Source: Acidobacteriota bacterium (GTDB taxonomy: Bacteria; Acidobacteriota; UBA6911; RPQK01; JAJDTT01). Taken from it: DNA of 64,000 nucleotides. The notes below the pieces were generated by a model. That model was given only the letters and a program-made list of their open reading frames with translations, did no database searches and was not told the origin of the DNA. Below, one piece after another: positions 10,704 to 20,221 of the stretch. A program made the translations under genes and the position numbers. Positions within the stretch are counted from its first letter, which is position 1, and the number at the start of each line of letters is the position of its first letter. Where the stretch lies: positions 3,840,001-3,904,000 of the forward strand of contig CBDCJH010000002.1 of the NCBI GenBank assembly GCA_965217775.1. Direction: 5' to 3'.

Positions 10704-11597
10704 ATGACAGATGCAGCAGCCCCGTTCCGATTCGGGAACGCAGCCTACGGCTTCCGGGAGTACGGCTTTCCGGAATTTTTCGAGGCTTGTAGCAGGATCG
10801 GCACGCCGGCGGTCGAGATTGACGCTGGATGGTTCGATGAAGGCGAAGCCAAGAACCGGGTTTCGTTGGACGCCACCGCCCGGGAACTCGACCAGGTGAA
10901 GGAATTGGCGACGGCGGCCGGCGTGAAAGTGACCGCGCTGGGAGGTGGCGCCGTGGTCGGCCTCGCAGGTGACGTCGCCGAGGATCGCTCCGCCGAGATC
11001 ATGAAGGCGGTCGACATTGCAGAGGTCCTGGGCGCGCAAGTGATTCGGGTATTCACTGAACACGATTTCACCCACTCCAAACACTACGTCCTGACACCTG
11101 ACCGGGTGACCGACGCGCTTTACGAGACGCTGGCCATTGCCTTCAACAAATTGGGCGATTACTTGAAGGGCAAAGGAATTCGTGTGGGAATCGAAAACCA
11201 TGGCGGCACCTCGGCCACCGGCGCCGGCCTCAAAAAACTCTTGGACCTGGTGCCTCACCAAGAAATAGGAGTGACCTACGACCCCGCCAACTACGCTTTT
11301 GGGGGAGAAGATCCTTTCCAGGCGTTGTTGGCGGTGCAGGATCGAGTCGTCTATACGCACTGGAAAGACGTCGCCCAAGCGCCTGACAAACCCAGGGGCG
11401 TTGAATACCGAGCCTTCGGAGAGGGTGAGATCGACTGGTTTCCCATTATCAGCACGCTCTTGGACTCCTTTGACGGAATCTGGGCCATTGAGTACGAGCG
11501 CAAGGAGGCCAGTACGCTGGAAAATCTTGCCGAAGGCACACGAAGATCGAAGCAGAATCTTGCAACGATCATCGAGCAGGTGAGGAACGCTTCATGA
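10704..11597 (+). CDS. Sugar phosphate isomerase/epimerase (xylose isomerase-like TIM barrel)
   Basis: IENHGG, YDPAN, HWKD, GEGEIDW and IEYE motifs. Confidence 0.88.
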   Translation: MTDAAAPFRFGNAAYGFREYGFPEFFEACSRIGTPAVEIDAGWFDEGEAKNRVSLDATARELDQVKELATAAGVKVTALGGGAVVGLAGDVAEDRSAEIMKAVDIAEVLGAQVIRVFTEHDFTHSKHYVLTPDRVTDALYETLAIAFNKLGDYLKGKGIRVGIENHGGTSATGAGLKKLLDLVPHQEIGVTYDPANYAFGGEDPFQALLAVQDRVVYTHWKDVAQAPDKPRGVEYRAFGEGEIDWFPIISTLLDSFDGIWAIEYERKEASTLENLAEGTRRSKQNLATIIEQVRNAS

Positions 11598-13279
11598 TTC
11601 GGGTCCGAAACTTCACTCACGTTGCCATCAGCGTCCCCAACGTCGAGGAGACCGTCGAATTCTACGAAAAAATTGTCGGGCTCGAGACGAGCGGCCGCGA
11701 CGACGGCGCCGCCTTCTTGCGCTGTAACCGCAACCACCACTGCCTGGCTATTTATCCTGGCGATCGGGCTCTGCATCACCTCGGATTGGAAGTTTCCGGT
11801 GAGCCGGCTCTGGAGCAAGCCGAGCAAGAGCTGGCGGCACGAGGTTTCCGCCCCGAGCCCCGAGACTACTGCGAACCAGGTCACGGATCCGGCCTTTGTT
11901 ATCGCGATCCCGACGGAAACAGGGTGGAGCTCTACGCAGGAATGCAAACCCTGGATCAACCGTTGGAACCGCGTGAAGTCCGACCGGTTGGTTTCGGCCA
12001 CATCACGCTCATGACCGCCGACCTTCCGCGTTGCGCCGCGTTTTATACGGATGTTCTCGGATTTCGGATTTCGGACACCGTGGACGACTCAGCCATCTGG
12101 ATGCGGTGCAACCAGCAGCACCACGGTGTCGCCATCCTCCAAACCGGCCAGGCCAAGGTGAACCACTATGCCTATGACCTGGCCGACTGGAGCGAACTGA
12201 AAAAGATCTGTGATCATCTTTGGAAGAATGACGTTCCCATCATCTATGGCCCCGGTCGTCACGGTCCCGGGCACAACATCTTCATTTACATCCCTGACCC
12301 TGCCGGAAATGTGATCGAACTGACCTTGGAGGTGGACCAGATCTGGGACGAAGAAACCTACCGGCCCCTGAATTGGACCAACGAACCCAAAACCGTCGAT
12401 GTCTGGAGAGCACTCCCACAGCCTCCCTACATGCTGGAAGGGGAAGGCCGTGATTTTACGGATTGGTCGACCGGCTCCCCTCTGATCGGACGAGGCTGGA
12501 GCATTCCCCAAGTGGACGGCCACGAGCTGCTCGATCCAACCGCCACCGTGACTCCTCCTAGGTCGGAAACGCCCGAGCTGAAAATCGAGATCCCTGCCTT
12601 TACGCTCAAGTTCGATAATCCTCTCGACCACGTGAAGGCCATGTTTGTGAGCGATCGGCGCTATCCCACGGGCGAAGGTCTTTCCGTTTCCGTAGACCTC
12701 TGCGTTGAGGTGAATGGGACCGAAGGCAACCCCTTCGGCGCGGATCCGGATAATCCCAAGTTGGCAAACGGGGCCATCGCGTTGATTGACAACACCACCG
12801 GGGTGGTTTTGAACTTGGGGGTGTCAAATCGACGTATCCTGGCGTTACGCGAACACTTCCAGGTGAAATCACCCACGGGCAAAGATTCGACTCTGCCCAT
12901 GATCGATCCGCTCCTGACGGACATCACGATTGAGCCCGGTTCGTGGCATCGTTACGAAATTCGTTATCAGCCGGGAGAGGACGGCTGGTTGGAAGCTGCT
13001 CCCGACCACGCTCAATGGCTGGTGGACGGCCGGGTCGTTCGCGAAGTCGATTGGGTTGCCACCATCGACGAGCCCTCGGCTCCCATCGTTCTACCCGCCC
13101 GGTTCCGGGTCCTCATGGCCATTTTCACCCTGCTGGACGATCTTCCCGACGGGAGGGGAGGCGTTGTGCCGGGACTCGATTCCCAATACCGGCACTCACT
13201 CTTTGGACAAGGTGTCACGGCTCGTTGGCGCAATTTGAAGGTCCTGGCCTCCAGTCAAGCCGAGCACATCAAGACGTGA
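11594..13279 (+). CDS. Extradiol dioxygenase-like two-domain VOC protein fused to a DUF6081-like beta domain
   Basis: GHI, NHYAY and PGRHGPGHN..YIPDPAGNVIE metal motifs; extra ~270-aa C-terminal domain (DHVK, GNPFGADPD, FTLLD, LFGQG). Confidence 0.75.
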   Translation: MIRVRNFTHVAISVPNVEETVEFYEKIVGLETSGRDDGAAFLRCNRNHHCLAIYPGDRALHHLGLEVSGEPALEQAEQELAARGFRPEPRDYCEPGHGSGLCYRDPDGNRVELYAGMQTLDQPLEPREVRPVGFGHITLMTADLPRCAAFYTDVLGFRISDTVDDSAIWMRCNQQHHGVAILQTGQAKVNHYAYDLADWSELKKICDHLWKNDVPIIYGPGRHGPGHNIFIYIPDPAGNVIELTLEVDQIWDEETYRPLNWTNEPKTVDVWRALPQPPYMLEGEGRDFTDWSTGSPLIGRGWSIPQVDGHELLDPTATVTPPRSETPELKIEIPAFTLKFDNPLDHVKAMFVSDRRYPTGEGLSVSVDLCVEVNGTEGNPFGADPDNPKLANGAIALIDNTTGVVLNLGVSNRRILALREHFQVKSPTGKDSTLPMIDPLLTDITIEPGSWHRYEIRYQPGEDGWLEAAPDHAQWLVDGRVVREVDWVATIDEPSAPIVLPARFRVLMAIFTLLDDLPDGRGGVVPGLDSQYRHSLFGQGVTARWRNLKVLASSQAEHIKT

Positions 13280-13372
13280 GCAGCAAGCGCAAGATCGACA
13301 ACCGAAAAGCAAGTCCCATCGAGGAATTCCGACGTCCAGCCGGCCAGTTCTTGACACCTCCCTGATCGTCTT

Positions 13373-15058
13373 GTGATGAAGACTACGCTTCGAATCGGCG
13401 TGACGTTTCTCCTTGGACTTGTGGCCGACAACACCTTCCTCCCAGCCCAGGCTCCGATCAAGTTCGTCGATCGAAGCCGGGAGTCCGGGCTGAATCGTCC
13501 GATTGTCTATGGAGGCGTGGAGTCGCAACGCTACATCCTGGAAACGACCGGGACGGGAGTCGCCGCTTTCGATTATGACCGGGACGGACGGATTGACATC
13601 TTTCTGGTCAACGGCTCCAGATTGGACGGCGCCTCCGGCGATCCTCCCTCCAATGTGCTGTATCGAAATCTCGGAAATGGTCGTTTTTCAGACGTGACGG
13701 CGCCTTCCGGCCTCAAGCGCTCGGGCTGGGGACAGGCGGTCTGCGTCGGAGATATCGACAACGATGGATGGACTGATCTTGGCGTGACCTACTACGGGGA
13801 GATCGTGCTCTACCGGAATCGAGGAAACGGAAGCTTTGAAGACATCTCGCAGAGCTCGCGGATCGGCGGCCAGCGGCGTTGGAACGCCGGTTGCACCTTC
13901 CTGGATTACGATCGCGACGCCGACCTGGACCTGTTTGTAGCCAACTATGTGGACTACGCCGAGGCCACCCGGCATGAGCCCGGTTCCGGCGCCAACTGCA
14001 GGTGGCGGGGCATCGCGGTCATGTGCGGTCCGCTCGGGCTCAAGCAATCGGCCAATATCATGTTTCGCAATAACGGAGACGGCACTTTCAGCGACGTCTC
14101 CCCGGCCAGCGGCATCACCGCTGCCGAAGGGTTTTATTGTCTCATGCCGATCACGCTCGATTTCGACGAGGACGGCTGGACGGACATTTATGTCGCCTGC
14201 GATACCACCCCCAACATCCTTTACCGGAATAACCAGGATGGTACGTTTGCGGATGTGGGCATGATCTCGGGAGTGGCCCTCAGCGACAACGGAAGAGAGC
14301 AAGCCGGCATGGGAGTCGCAGCTGCGGATTACGATTTGGACGGACACCTCGATCTGCTGGTGACAAATTTCTCCGACGACACCTCGACCCTCTACCACAA
14401 CGACGGAAACTCCACTTTCACCGACACGACTTATCTGGCCAAGCTGGGGAAGGACACCCAATACTTGAGTTGGGGAACGGGTCTGGTCGATTTTGACAAC
14501 GACGGCTGGAAGGATGTGTTTATCGCCAGCGGGCACGTTTATCCCGAAGTCGACCGTCACCCCTCCGAAATTACCTACCGGCAGCAGCGATTGGTCTACC
14601 GAAATCAAGGTGACGGCAGCTTTAGAAACGCCTCCAGCCAAGCCGGAGACGCAATTGCCGCCAAAGCGGCCGGGCGAGGCGTCGCATTCGAGGATCTGGA
14701 TGGTGACGGGGATTTGGATATCGTCGCAGTCAACCTGAACGACACCCCTTCTTTGCTGATCAACGAAAGCACTTCAGAGAACGGTTGGCTGATCCTGGAA
14801 CTGGAAGGTGAAAGCAGCAACCGCAGTGCCATTGGCGCGCGGATTCAAGTGGCCGCCGGAGGACGAATCCAAACCGACGAGGTGCGGAGCGCCTCCAGTT
14901 ACTACTCAAGTAACGGACTGCGTGTCCATTTCGGCCTCGGCAAGGAGAGTCGGGCCGAGTGGATAGAGATCCAGTGGCCCAGCGGCAGCCGGCAAAGGTT
15001 TGAAGAGGTCCCGGCACGCCGAGTCATTTCCGTCCGCGAGGGAACCGGTATCCGATGA
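13373..15058 (+). CDS. CRTAC1-family FG-GAP/ASPIC-UnbV secreted protein
   Basis: Signal peptide, repeated DxDxDG Ca-binding motifs, C-terminal SNRSAIGA..HFGLG..WPSG UnbV domain. Confidence 0.92.
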   Translation: MMKTTLRIGVTFLLGLVADNTFLPAQAPIKFVDRSRESGLNRPIVYGGVESQRYILETTGTGVAAFDYDRDGRIDIFLVNGSRLDGASGDPPSNVLYRNLGNGRFSDVTAPSGLKRSGWGQAVCVGDIDNDGWTDLGVTYYGEIVLYRNRGNGSFEDISQSSRIGGQRRWNAGCTFLDYDRDADLDLFVANYVDYAEATRHEPGSGANCRWRGIAVMCGPLGLKQSANIMFRNNGDGTFSDVSPASGITAAEGFYCLMPITLDFDEDGWTDIYVACDTTPNILYRNNQDGTFADVGMISGVALSDNGREQAGMGVAAADYDLDGHLDLLVTNFSDDTSTLYHNDGNSTFTDTTYLAKLGKDTQYLSWGTGLVDFDNDGWKDVFIASGHVYPEVDRHPSEITYRQQRLVYRNQGDGSFRNASSQAGDAIAAKAAGRGVAFEDLDGDGDLDIVAVNLNDTPSLLINESTSENGWLILELEGESSNRSAIGARIQVAAGGRIQTDEVRSASSYYSSNGLRVHFGLGKESRAEWIEIQWPSGSRQRFEEVPARRVISVREGTGIR

Positions 15059-15114
15059 ACGATCTACAGTGAAGCGCCTCAAGAAAACGCGATAGCGACA
15101 GATTTGGCAGCTAG

Positions 15115-15272
15115 CAGTCCGTGGTGAAAGTCCCGCGAGCACCGAGACCGTTCCTGCGCCCGCCGGACAAGGCGCGATTCGGGAGCATACCGGGAGTATG
15201 TGACCGAGTCGCAACGCAGTCCGCCGGGATGCAGGGACGGTCGAATGCCGTGACGACTTTTGCCACGGACTG
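15115..15272 (+). mobile_element. 158-bp MITE, full copy 2
   Basis: Complete TIRs; flanks CTAG / CTAT (imperfect); abuts the stop codon of the convergent CRTAC1 gene. Confidence 0.92.
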
Positions 15273-17030
15273 CTATGGCTTCCACGGTACTCCGGAGCCT
15301 TCTTGGAGGGTGACGAGCCGGTCAGCTTCCACCCCTTCCCAGATCTCGCTGCTGCCGCTGGGCCAGTGGACGATGACTGCCTTGACCTCCTGGTCCCGGC
15401 CCAAGCCAAAGTGCACCCGATGGTCGTTGGCGTTCAAATAGCTGCCGTCGGTATGCGCGCGACGCCATAACGTTCTCTTACCCTGGCGCTGCACTCCCAC
15501 CCGGGCTCCTGCCCCGTAGCGGTTGCTTTGCACCCCCTCCAGTTGAACCTGCAGCCAGTGATGCCGCGACCCGATCTGATTCAACAGCAACCGCACCGGT
15601 CCGTTGTTGTTGCTGATCAGAATGTCCACGTCACCGTCGTTGTCAATGTCGCCAAAGGCGGCTCCCCGGCTCACTTCCGACAGTTGCAGGGCCGCTCCCG
15701 CCTCGGCAGTCGTTTCTCGATAGTTCCCTTCCCCGTCGTTATGGAACAGTTGGTTGATTTGATCGTAGGCATAATCGGCCGGTTCGGCCAGCCGCGTCAT
15801 TCGCACCGCACCATTGGCCATGAACAAATCCAACTGGCCGTCATTGTCGTAGTCGAACCACTGGGTGCCGAAACCGGTGTAATTATGAACCCGGGTCAAT
15901 CCAAAACGACTGGTCTGGTCAGAAAAACCGCCGGCGCCATCGTTCAGATAGAGGGTGTGGGTCTCTTCCGTCAGATGAGTCATGAAGAGGTCTTCGCTGC
16001 CGTCGTTGTTGAAATCGGCGGCCGTGACCCCCATGCTGGCCTCGGCATTGCCATCGACGTTGAACGCTGTCCCTGAGAACAACCCCGCCTCTTCAAAGCT
16101 TCCGTTTCCCCGGTTGAGCCAGAGTCGATTGGGAGTCTTGTCATTGGCAACGTAGATATCCGTCCACCCGTCAACATTGAAATCCGCACAAACGACGCCC
16201 AATCCATTACCAAACGCAGCCGCCAGCCCCGCCTGCTCTGTCACGTCGACGAATCGGCGCCCACCCTCGTTGCGAAAGAACCGGTCGGGCAATGGGGAAT
16301 AAACAGTGGGAAAACAGTAATCCCTGGCGCCGGCGGTCCTGCAAACCTGGTTCCCCGTTACGGTGAAGCCAACGTAGTTGGTCAGGAACAAATCAAGGTC
16401 GCCGTCGCGATCGTAGTCCAGAAAGGCAGCGCTGGTGGTCCAGCGGGAATCCTCGGCTCCCATTCCCTCCATCGGGGTGAAGGTCGCGTCTCCGTTGTTG
16501 CGATACAAAAGATTGGGGCCGTAGTTGGTCAGGTAAAGGTCAAGATCTCCATCGTTGTCGTAGTCCCCAACCGCAGCCCCCATCCCGTAGCTGACCGAGT
16601 CGACTCCAGTCTCGGTGGTCACCTCGCGAAAACTCAGACTTCCGCCAGGGATCAGTTCGTTTCGATAGAACCGGTGTCCCGGCCTCCACCCAGGGTCTGG
16701 AACAAACTGAGACTGGGAGGGACTCTTGCCCGGTTCCAGCATCGTGCCTTGTACCAGATAGACATCCAGGTCGCCGTCGCCATCGTAGTCCAACAGGGCG
16801 GCTCCTGCGCCCACGATTTCAGGCAGGTAAAACTTGCCGCCGGCCCCGTTGAAGTGTTTGAAATCCAGCCCCACCTGGGAAGCCACTTCCGAGAAAAGCG
16901 GAGTTGGTATCGACGGGTCTTGCGCCCCAAGAGACGGCCAAGCAGAGGCTCCCCAAAGCAGGGTGACCAGCAGCCGGCCAGCGGGCCGTGAGCAAGCGCC
17001 CCGGGCCGGAAAGCCCGCCATCTCTCTCAT
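15273..17030 (-). CDS. CRTAC1-family FG-GAP/ASPIC-UnbV secreted protein (paralog A)
   Basis: DYDGDGDLD repeats, UnbV domain; near-identical to 35614..37374. Confidence 0.93.
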   Translation of the reverse strand: MREMAGFPARGACSRPAGRLLVTLLWGASAWPSLGAQDPSIPTPLFSEVASQVGLDFKHFNGAGGKFYLPEIVGAGAALLDYDGDGDLDVYLVQGTMLEPGKSPSQSQFVPDPGWRPGHRFYRNELIPGGSLSFREVTTETGVDSVSYGMGAAVGDYDNDGDLDLYLTNYGPNLLYRNNGDATFTPMEGMGAEDSRWTTSAAFLDYDRDGDLDLFLTNYVGFTVTGNQVCRTAGARDYCFPTVYSPLPDRFFRNEGGRRFVDVTEQAGLAAAFGNGLGVVCADFNVDGWTDIYVANDKTPNRLWLNRGNGSFEEAGLFSGTAFNVDGNAEASMGVTAADFNNDGSEDLFMTHLTEETHTLYLNDGAGGFSDQTSRFGLTRVHNYTGFGTQWFDYDNDGQLDLFMANGAVRMTRLAEPADYAYDQINQLFHNDGEGNYRETTAEAGAALQLSEVSRGAAFGDIDNDGDVDILISNNNGPVRLLLNQIGSRHHWLQVQLEGVQSNRYGAGARVGVQRQGKRTLWRRAHTDGSYLNANDHRVHFGLGRDQEVKAVIVHWPSGSSEIWEGVEADRLVTLQEGSGVPWKP

Positions 17031-17299
17031 GGCCGTTTGCCTGCTTGCTGCAACTGCTGCAGGAACCTCTCCAGGTCAACTGCCAATTCACCCTTCCCCA
17101 CCGAAAGCGCCTTTTCTCGGGCCTGGGTGGCAGATTCAACGGCTTTATCCAGGTCACCCAGGCGAGCATAGCTGTGGGCCAACAGGTACAGGTACACGGG
17201 AGTTCTCTCATCCTCTACGCTTAGAGTCTTCAGGAAATGGGGGACGGCTTCCGCATCCTTCCCCTGTTTCTGAAGCAGGAGACCCAACTGAAAATGGGC
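15273..17299 (-). repeat. ~2.0-kb inverted duplication, left arm
   Basis: Reverse complement of 35345..37374 (TPR 3' end plus whole CRTAC1 gene). Confidence 0.9.
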
Positions 17300-18436
17300 T
17301 GTCCGGTAATCAGGCTGGTTCTCGATCGCCTGCCGAAAATGGTGCTTGGCACCCTTTAGACGCTCTTGCTGGGCCAAAACCACCCCCAGAAGGTAGTGGG
17401 ACTCGGCGTAAAAAGGATCGATTTCCAAGGCCTCTCGAAAGGCTTCCGCAGCTTCCCGGTTTCTACCCTGAAGTCGGCGGAGTAATCCCAGGTTGTGGCG
17501 AATTTCGTGAATATTCGGATCAAGCTTGAGAGCCAATTGACAGTGGTGCTCGGCTTGGTCCAACCGTTTCAAAAGCAGCTGGGCCAGGCACAGATTGGCG
17601 TGAGCCCGCGCGTACTTCGGATCTTCCTTCAGAGCCCGTTGATATTCAACGATGGCCAGTTCGACCCGACCCTCCTCTTGAAGCCGAAGACCCTCCTTGA
17701 AGTAATATTCTGCGTAGGATCGCAGGGCTGCCACCGTCTTGAGCAGAGGATCATCCAACTGCGGACTTCTCCCCCGATTTTGTTGAAAGCGCCGTATGTT
17801 TTCTTGATATTTATCCAGCATTCCCAGTTGTCGACAGGCTGTTGCCAAAGCGTAATAGGCCGCCGCGAAACCCGGGGACAATTTCAAGGCTCTGCGGTAG
17901 CTTTGAATTGCGGCTTGCCATTGACCCCTGGAGGACTGAATCCGACCCATTCCGTAGTGCGCTTGCGAACAGTCGGGATGTTGCTTTAGCACTTGCTCGT
18001 AGATTGTTTTTGCTTCCTCCTGATTGTGGGTCGCAAGAAGAAGTTCGGCCAATCGGACACGGGCGGGAAGATAGTCCGGGTCAACCGTGGTCGCCTTGCG
18101 CAATATGCTGATAGCCTCCCTGGTCTTCCCCTCGGCTCCGCGCACGACGCCCAGGTAGTATGGCCAACGAAAAGTTCCTGATTGCAGCAAGTCGCTTCTT
18201 TGATAAAAAACTGCTGCCAGCTCGAATTGGTCGAAGGCATGGAAGGTCATTGCCAAGCGACCGTTGGCTTCCACATCGTTTGGAAATTCCAACACCTTGG
18301 CATAGGCTTGCTGCAATTTGGGCTCGAGAATCTCCAATTGCCGGGGCAGGAGTTGAGGAATGGGTGGAAGATCCTGGGCCCAAAGGTCTGAGGAAACCAG
18401 GAGAAATAACACGACCGGTGCGGCCCAACGGCCCAT
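17027..18436 (-). CDS. Secreted tetratricopeptide repeat protein
   Basis: Signal peptide (MGRWAAPVVLFLLVSSDLWAQ), many TPR repeats; ATGA-coupled to CRTAC1. Confidence 0.9.
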   Translation of the reverse strand: MGRWAAPVVLFLLVSSDLWAQDLPPIPQLLPRQLEILEPKLQQAYAKVLEFPNDVEANGRLAMTFHAFDQFELAAVFYQRSDLLQSGTFRWPYYLGVVRGAEGKTREAISILRKATTVDPDYLPARVRLAELLLATHNQEEAKTIYEQVLKQHPDCSQAHYGMGRIQSSRGQWQAAIQSYRRALKLSPGFAAAYYALATACRQLGMLDKYQENIRRFQQNRGRSPQLDDPLLKTVAALRSYAEYYFKEGLRLQEEGRVELAIVEYQRALKEDPKYARAHANLCLAQLLLKRLDQAEHHCQLALKLDPNIHEIRHNLGLLRRLQGRNREAAEAFREALEIDPFYAESHYLLGVVLAQQERLKGAKHHFRQAIENQPDYRTAHFQLGLLLQKQGKDAEAVPHFLKTLSVEDERTPVYLYLLAHSYARLGDLDKAVESATQAREKALSVGKGELAVDLERFLQQLQQAGKRP

Positions 18437-18585
18437 TGTCCGAATTGTATTCCGCGTTGAACACTCGGTCAAGCCAGGCCAGGAACAGGCCCAGGATGGT
18501 GTGGCCCCGGAGCAACTGGAATAGGATAGGCGGGATTCTCTAGTTGATCTTTCCACCCTCTTCGCACGTCTGTTAGCATTGGAGG

Positions 18586-20028
18586 ATGGTGTTGCCTGCC
18601 GGGCCACGCTGGTCACATCTAGCACGAAGTACTGTCCTTTTTATTTTCTTCTGCTTCGGATGGTCACAATCGTCAGGGCAGAAAACCGTTTCGGAACTCC
18701 TTCTAGCAGGCCGTTTGCCGGAGGCCCGTAAAATACTTGTGGAGCGGGCTCAAAAGGATCCGGACAACGAAGATTTACAGGCAGTTCTTGGGCAAATCGC
18801 CTTCCGTTTGAAAGAGTACGGGGAGGCTGCGGAACGCTTCCAAGAAAGTACCTCAAAGCTCTCCACGAACCCGATTCTACTTCTCAACTATACCGAGTCG
18901 CTACTGCAGACCAAGGCCAATCAGGCTGCCCTTGAAGCAGTGGAACGATTGCCCGAAGACCACTTCATGGCGCAGTTCGAGGCGGGTTTGATTCTGGCTC
19001 GCTTCGGCGAATTCCCGGCTGCTGAAAGACATTTCCGGCTGGCCCGGGCCGGGCATCCGGACCCGCTGTCAGTGGCCTACAACTTGGCCTTGGCGCAATA
19101 CCGTCTAAGGAAGTTCGAAGAGTGCGCGGCGACGCTCGAGGAATTGCGCCGCGGCTGGACCATTTCCAATATTTCAGGTCCTCCGGATCATTCCTTGGCT
19201 CAGAAACAGGAACGAATGCTCGATTTATTGTTGCTGGCGAAAAAGGAGGCGCCAGTCGACATGCTGCGGCAGGCGATCGACCGCGATCCTGGAGATGAAA
19301 TCAATTACCTGGCCGCTGCCGAGCGCCTGGTCGAGGAAAACCAGCTACTGCAGGCAGTTGGATTGGTGGAGCGGGGTCTGGAACAACTCCCGCATGCTTA
19401 CAGTTTGGGTTTCAAACATGCTCATTTGCGATATCTCCTGGCTCAATACGGGAGGGCCGAATCCGAGTACCGAAAGGCTGCCAAGCTACGGCCGGACCTG
19501 GACATGCCGCGAGTGGGTTTGGCTCTGGTGCTGATGGCAACCCGGCAGCTTGACGAGGCTTCCACTGTCTTGCAGGAGGTGCTGCAACGAACCCCTCTCA
19601 GTTTTTATGGACATTATCTTCTGGGAGAGCTGGCTATCTTGGGCGGTGCTGCGCCCGGAAGTCAGGTTGAGTCGAAAGCCGTGGAGCACCTGAAACGGGC
19701 CACTGCGTTACAACCGGATTTCTTTTTTTGGGAAGGATCATCTCCCGTGGCCCTTGCACACACCAGCCTGGGTAAGCTGTATTTGAAAAGAAGCGACCCC
19801 GCCTCGGCCGTTCGAGAGTTGGAAAAAGCGGTTCAACTGGACCCGGAAGCGACTCCGGCCTTCTATCAGCTCTCGATCGCTTATCGAAAGTTGGGTAATA
19901 AGGAAAAAGAACGCCAGACATTGGCCCAGGTCCGTCGTCTCAATCAACAAAGGCGCCAACTAGGCGCCAGGGAATTGTCGAATCGCGCGCTTCAGAAAAC
20001 CCGCCTGGGAACTGGTAGTCCCCCCTAA
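18586..20028 (+). CDS. Secreted tetratricopeptide repeat protein
   Basis: TPR repeats; paralog of 25630..27009 (AQFEAGLILARFGE, YQLSIAYRK). Confidence 0.88.
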   Translation: MVLPAGPRWSHLARSTVLFIFFCFGWSQSSGQKTVSELLLAGRLPEARKILVERAQKDPDNEDLQAVLGQIAFRLKEYGEAAERFQESTSKLSTNPILLLNYTESLLQTKANQAALEAVERLPEDHFMAQFEAGLILARFGEFPAAERHFRLARAGHPDPLSVAYNLALAQYRLRKFEECAATLEELRRGWTISNISGPPDHSLAQKQERMLDLLLLAKKEAPVDMLRQAIDRDPGDEINYLAAAERLVEENQLLQAVGLVERGLEQLPHAYSLGFKHAHLRYLLAQYGRAESEYRKAAKLRPDLDMPRVGLALVLMATRQLDEASTVLQEVLQRTPLSFYGHYLLGELAILGGAAPGSQVESKAVEHLKRATALQPDFFFWEGSSPVALAHTSLGKLYLKRSDPASAVRELEKAVQLDPEATPAFYQLSIAYRKLGNKEKERQTLAQVRRLNQQRRQLGARELSNRALQKTRLGTGSPP

Positions 20029-20221
20029 AACAATGTCTGGACCAAGTGCTGACCGCGCTGATCAAATCACTATCCACTCGCTACTAACCACTATCTGACT
20101 ACTCACGCCCTCGTTTATGCGCTTGTCACCCGGGTACCCTTACGGTTGTTTCTCAAAGAAGTGCAAGCTGAAGGATCATCCATTTATGTCGTGATACATG
20201 CGTGGGGCCATGGTCCCATCG

